Assembly: GCA_963814545.1 (NCBI GenBank)
Contig: CAWFDC010000008.1
Span: 39,257 to 103,256 of the forward strand
Direction of reading: 5' to 3'
Length of the DNA: 64,000 nt
From: an uncultured Thermoleophilia bacterium
Lineage (GTDB): Bacteria > Actinomycetota > Thermoleophilia > UBA2241
Within the stretch, counting starts at the first letter, position 1; every line of letters begins with the position of its first letter. Below, in pieces: positions 62,305 to 64,000 of this stretch. The notes beneath the pieces were generated by a model that worked only from the letters and a program-made list of their open reading frames with translations, was not told where the DNA came from and did no database searches. Position numbers and translations under genes: made by a program.

Positions 62305-64000
62305 GTGAGCGCTCGCGACGCCGGCCCGGGGCGTGACCTCACGCCGCTCTTCGACCCGCGGTCGATCGCCGTCGTCGGCGCCTCGAACGATGCGTCGAAG
62401 TGGGGCGGCGACGTGGCCGCGCGCCTGGCGCGCGGCCACGACCGTCGCCGCCTGTTCTTCGTCAACCACCGCGGCGGACTCGTGCAGGGGCGCGAGTCGT
62501 ACCGCTCGCTGCGCGAGCTGCCCGAAGCGCCGGACATGGTGATCCTCGCCGTGCCGGCGCAGGCCTTCGAGGCGGCGCTCGACGACGGGCTCGCCGTCGG
62601 CGCGCGCGCCTTCGTCGGGATCCTCGCCGGTCTCGGCGAGACCGGGGCCGGCGGCAAGGCCCGCGAGCGCGCCGCCGTCGCCCGCCTGCGCGCCGCCGGC
62701 GCGGTCATGATCGGGCCGAACTGCATGGGCGTCGCCGATACGGCGAGCGGTCTGCAGGCGGTGGCGTATCTCGATGTCCCGCCCGGCGGACTCGCCTTCG
62801 TCTCCCAGAGCGGTGGCCTCGGTGAGGAGATGGTGATGCGCGCGACCGAGCAGGGGGTCGGCTTCTCGCGCTACGTGACCCTGGGCAACCAGGCCGACCT
62901 CACCATCACCGAGGTCCTCGAGTCCCTCGTCGACCACGAGCCTGCGCGGGCGGTGGCAGTGTACGCCGAGGACCTCGGCGACGGGCGCGCCTTCGCGCGG
63001 GCCGCCCGTGACCTGGTCGCCGCGGGCCGCCCCGTCGTGCTGCTGAGTCCAGGACGGAGCGCGGCCAGCGCGCGCGTCGCCCGTTCGCACACCGGCTCCC
63101 TGGCTCCCGACGCGGCCGTGCTGGACGCCGCCTGTCACGCCGCCGGCGTGGTCCGTGTGGCCACGATCGGCGAGCTCTTCGACGCCGCCGTGTGCCTGCT
63201 GCCCGGGCGCCGGATGCGCGGGTGCCGCCTCGCCGTCGTCTCCGACGGCGGCGGCCACGGCGGCCTCGCCGCCGACGTCGCGGCCGCGGCGGGCCTCGAC
63301 GTCGGCCCGCTGGGGCCGGAGGTCGTCGCCGGCGTGCGCGCGGCCCTGGCGACGAGCGTCGGCGAGAACCCCTTCGACTTCGCCATCGGCACGGTGGAAC
63401 CGCAGGCGTACGGCGCGGTCGTCGATGCCCTCGCCGAGGCCAACGGCGTCGACGCCGTGCTCGCCGTCGGCCAGCTCGGCTACTGGGGTGCGCGTTTCGC
63501 CCACTTCACCGAGCAGGTCGCGGCGGAGCGCGACGGTGCGCGGAGGATCGGCGCCGCCGCGGCGCGCTCGGGCACGCCGGTCGTCGTCTGCAGCACCTAC
63601 CCAAGATCTCCGGCCGCGGCCGCGCTGCGCGAGAGCGGCGTGCCCGTGTACCACGAGACCGACGCCGCGCTGACCGCCCTGCGTCACCTGGTGGAGGTGC
63701 ACGAAGCCGAGGGGCGCCTCGAAGAGGAGCGGGAAGGGAGTCGCGATGACGGTCTGCCCGAGGTGCCGCCGCCGGCGCCGCCGCTCGGCGGTGTGGTCGC
63801 GGCAGCGGCAGCGGCGCCGCCGGTGTGCGCCAGCGCCGCCGCCGCGGTCGCGGGCGACTACTGGCTGGCGCGCGAGGCGCTCACGGCGGCCGGCCTCGAG
63901 TCGGCCGGCGCCCGCCGCGCCCTCGACGGTGAGGGCGCCGTGACCGCCGCCGCCGATCTCGGGTACCCGGTCGCCCTCAAGGCTCTCGGTCTGCTGCACA
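62305..64000 (+). CDS. Acetate/acyl-CoA ligase (ADP-forming) family protein, 3'-truncated by window edge
   Basis: Frame open to the window end: LFDPRSIAVVGAS, KWG, GPNCMG, FVSQSGG, LGNQAD, SHTGSLA, GGG.G, ENP.D, GYPVALK. Confidence 0.9.
   Translation, partial: MSARDAGPGRDLTPLFDPRSIAVVGASNDASKWGGDVAARLARGHDRRRLFFVNHRGGLVQGRESYRSLRELPEAPDMVILAVPAQAFEAALDDGLAVGARAFVGILAGLGETGAGGKARERAAVARLRAAGAVMIGPNCMGVADTASGLQAVAYLDVPPGGLAFVSQSGGLGEEMVMRATEQGVGFSRYVTLGNQADLTITEVLESLVDHEPARAVAVYAEDLGDGRAFARAARDLVAAGRPVVLLSPGRSAASARVARSHTGSLAPDAAVLDAACHAAGVVRVATIGELFDAAVCLLPGRRMRGCRLAVVSDGGGHGGLAADVAAAAGLDVGPLGPEVVAGVRAALATSVGENPFDFAIGTVEPQAYGAVVDALAEANGVDAVLAVGQLGYWGARFAHFTEQVAAERDGARRIGAAAARSGTPVVVCSTYPRSPAAAALRESGVPVYHETDAALTALRHLVEVHEAEGRLEEEREGSRDDGLPEVPPPAPPLGGVVAAAAAAPPVCASAAAAVAGDYWLAREALTAAGLESAGARRALDGEGAVTAAADLGYPVALKALGLLH

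Overview
Very GC-rich bacterial chromosome segment. Gene content and order suggest an anaerobic, deep-branching Actinomycetota such as Thermoleophilia (inference). 1-11 kb is an amide/amino-acid catabolic cluster: C45 hydrolase, D-aminoacylase, a lone PotA-type ATPase, PucR regulator, SDR, serine hydrolase, ald and an AOR-family oxidoreductase. 12.8-33.5 kb is a housekeeping block: tRNA-fMet, tilS-hpt-ftsH-folEPBK-nadBC-coaX-dusB-greA-lysS-clpC-radA-carD-yacL-ispDF. 33.5-49.5 kb is mixed: tatA, mobA-mobB fusion, V4R-GGDEF, rlmH, argS, BlaI-like regulator, DppA-type peptidase, tRNA-Gly, DtxR-feoB, GT4 and an unusual LarC. 49.7-55.6 kb is a C1 operon, fhs-fchA-folD, followed by a HydC/HydB-type flavoprotein pair with no catalytic subunit. 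56.2-62.2 kb is an uncharacterised module of two paralogous APC permeases, an Lrp regulator, a metallophosphoesterase and a nucleotidyltransferase-like protein; this is the best candidate for an undescribed system. Many genes carry single-base indels that look like read or assembly errors. No CRISPR array, integrase or transposase was seen. All family assignments come from motif recognition by eye, not database searches.
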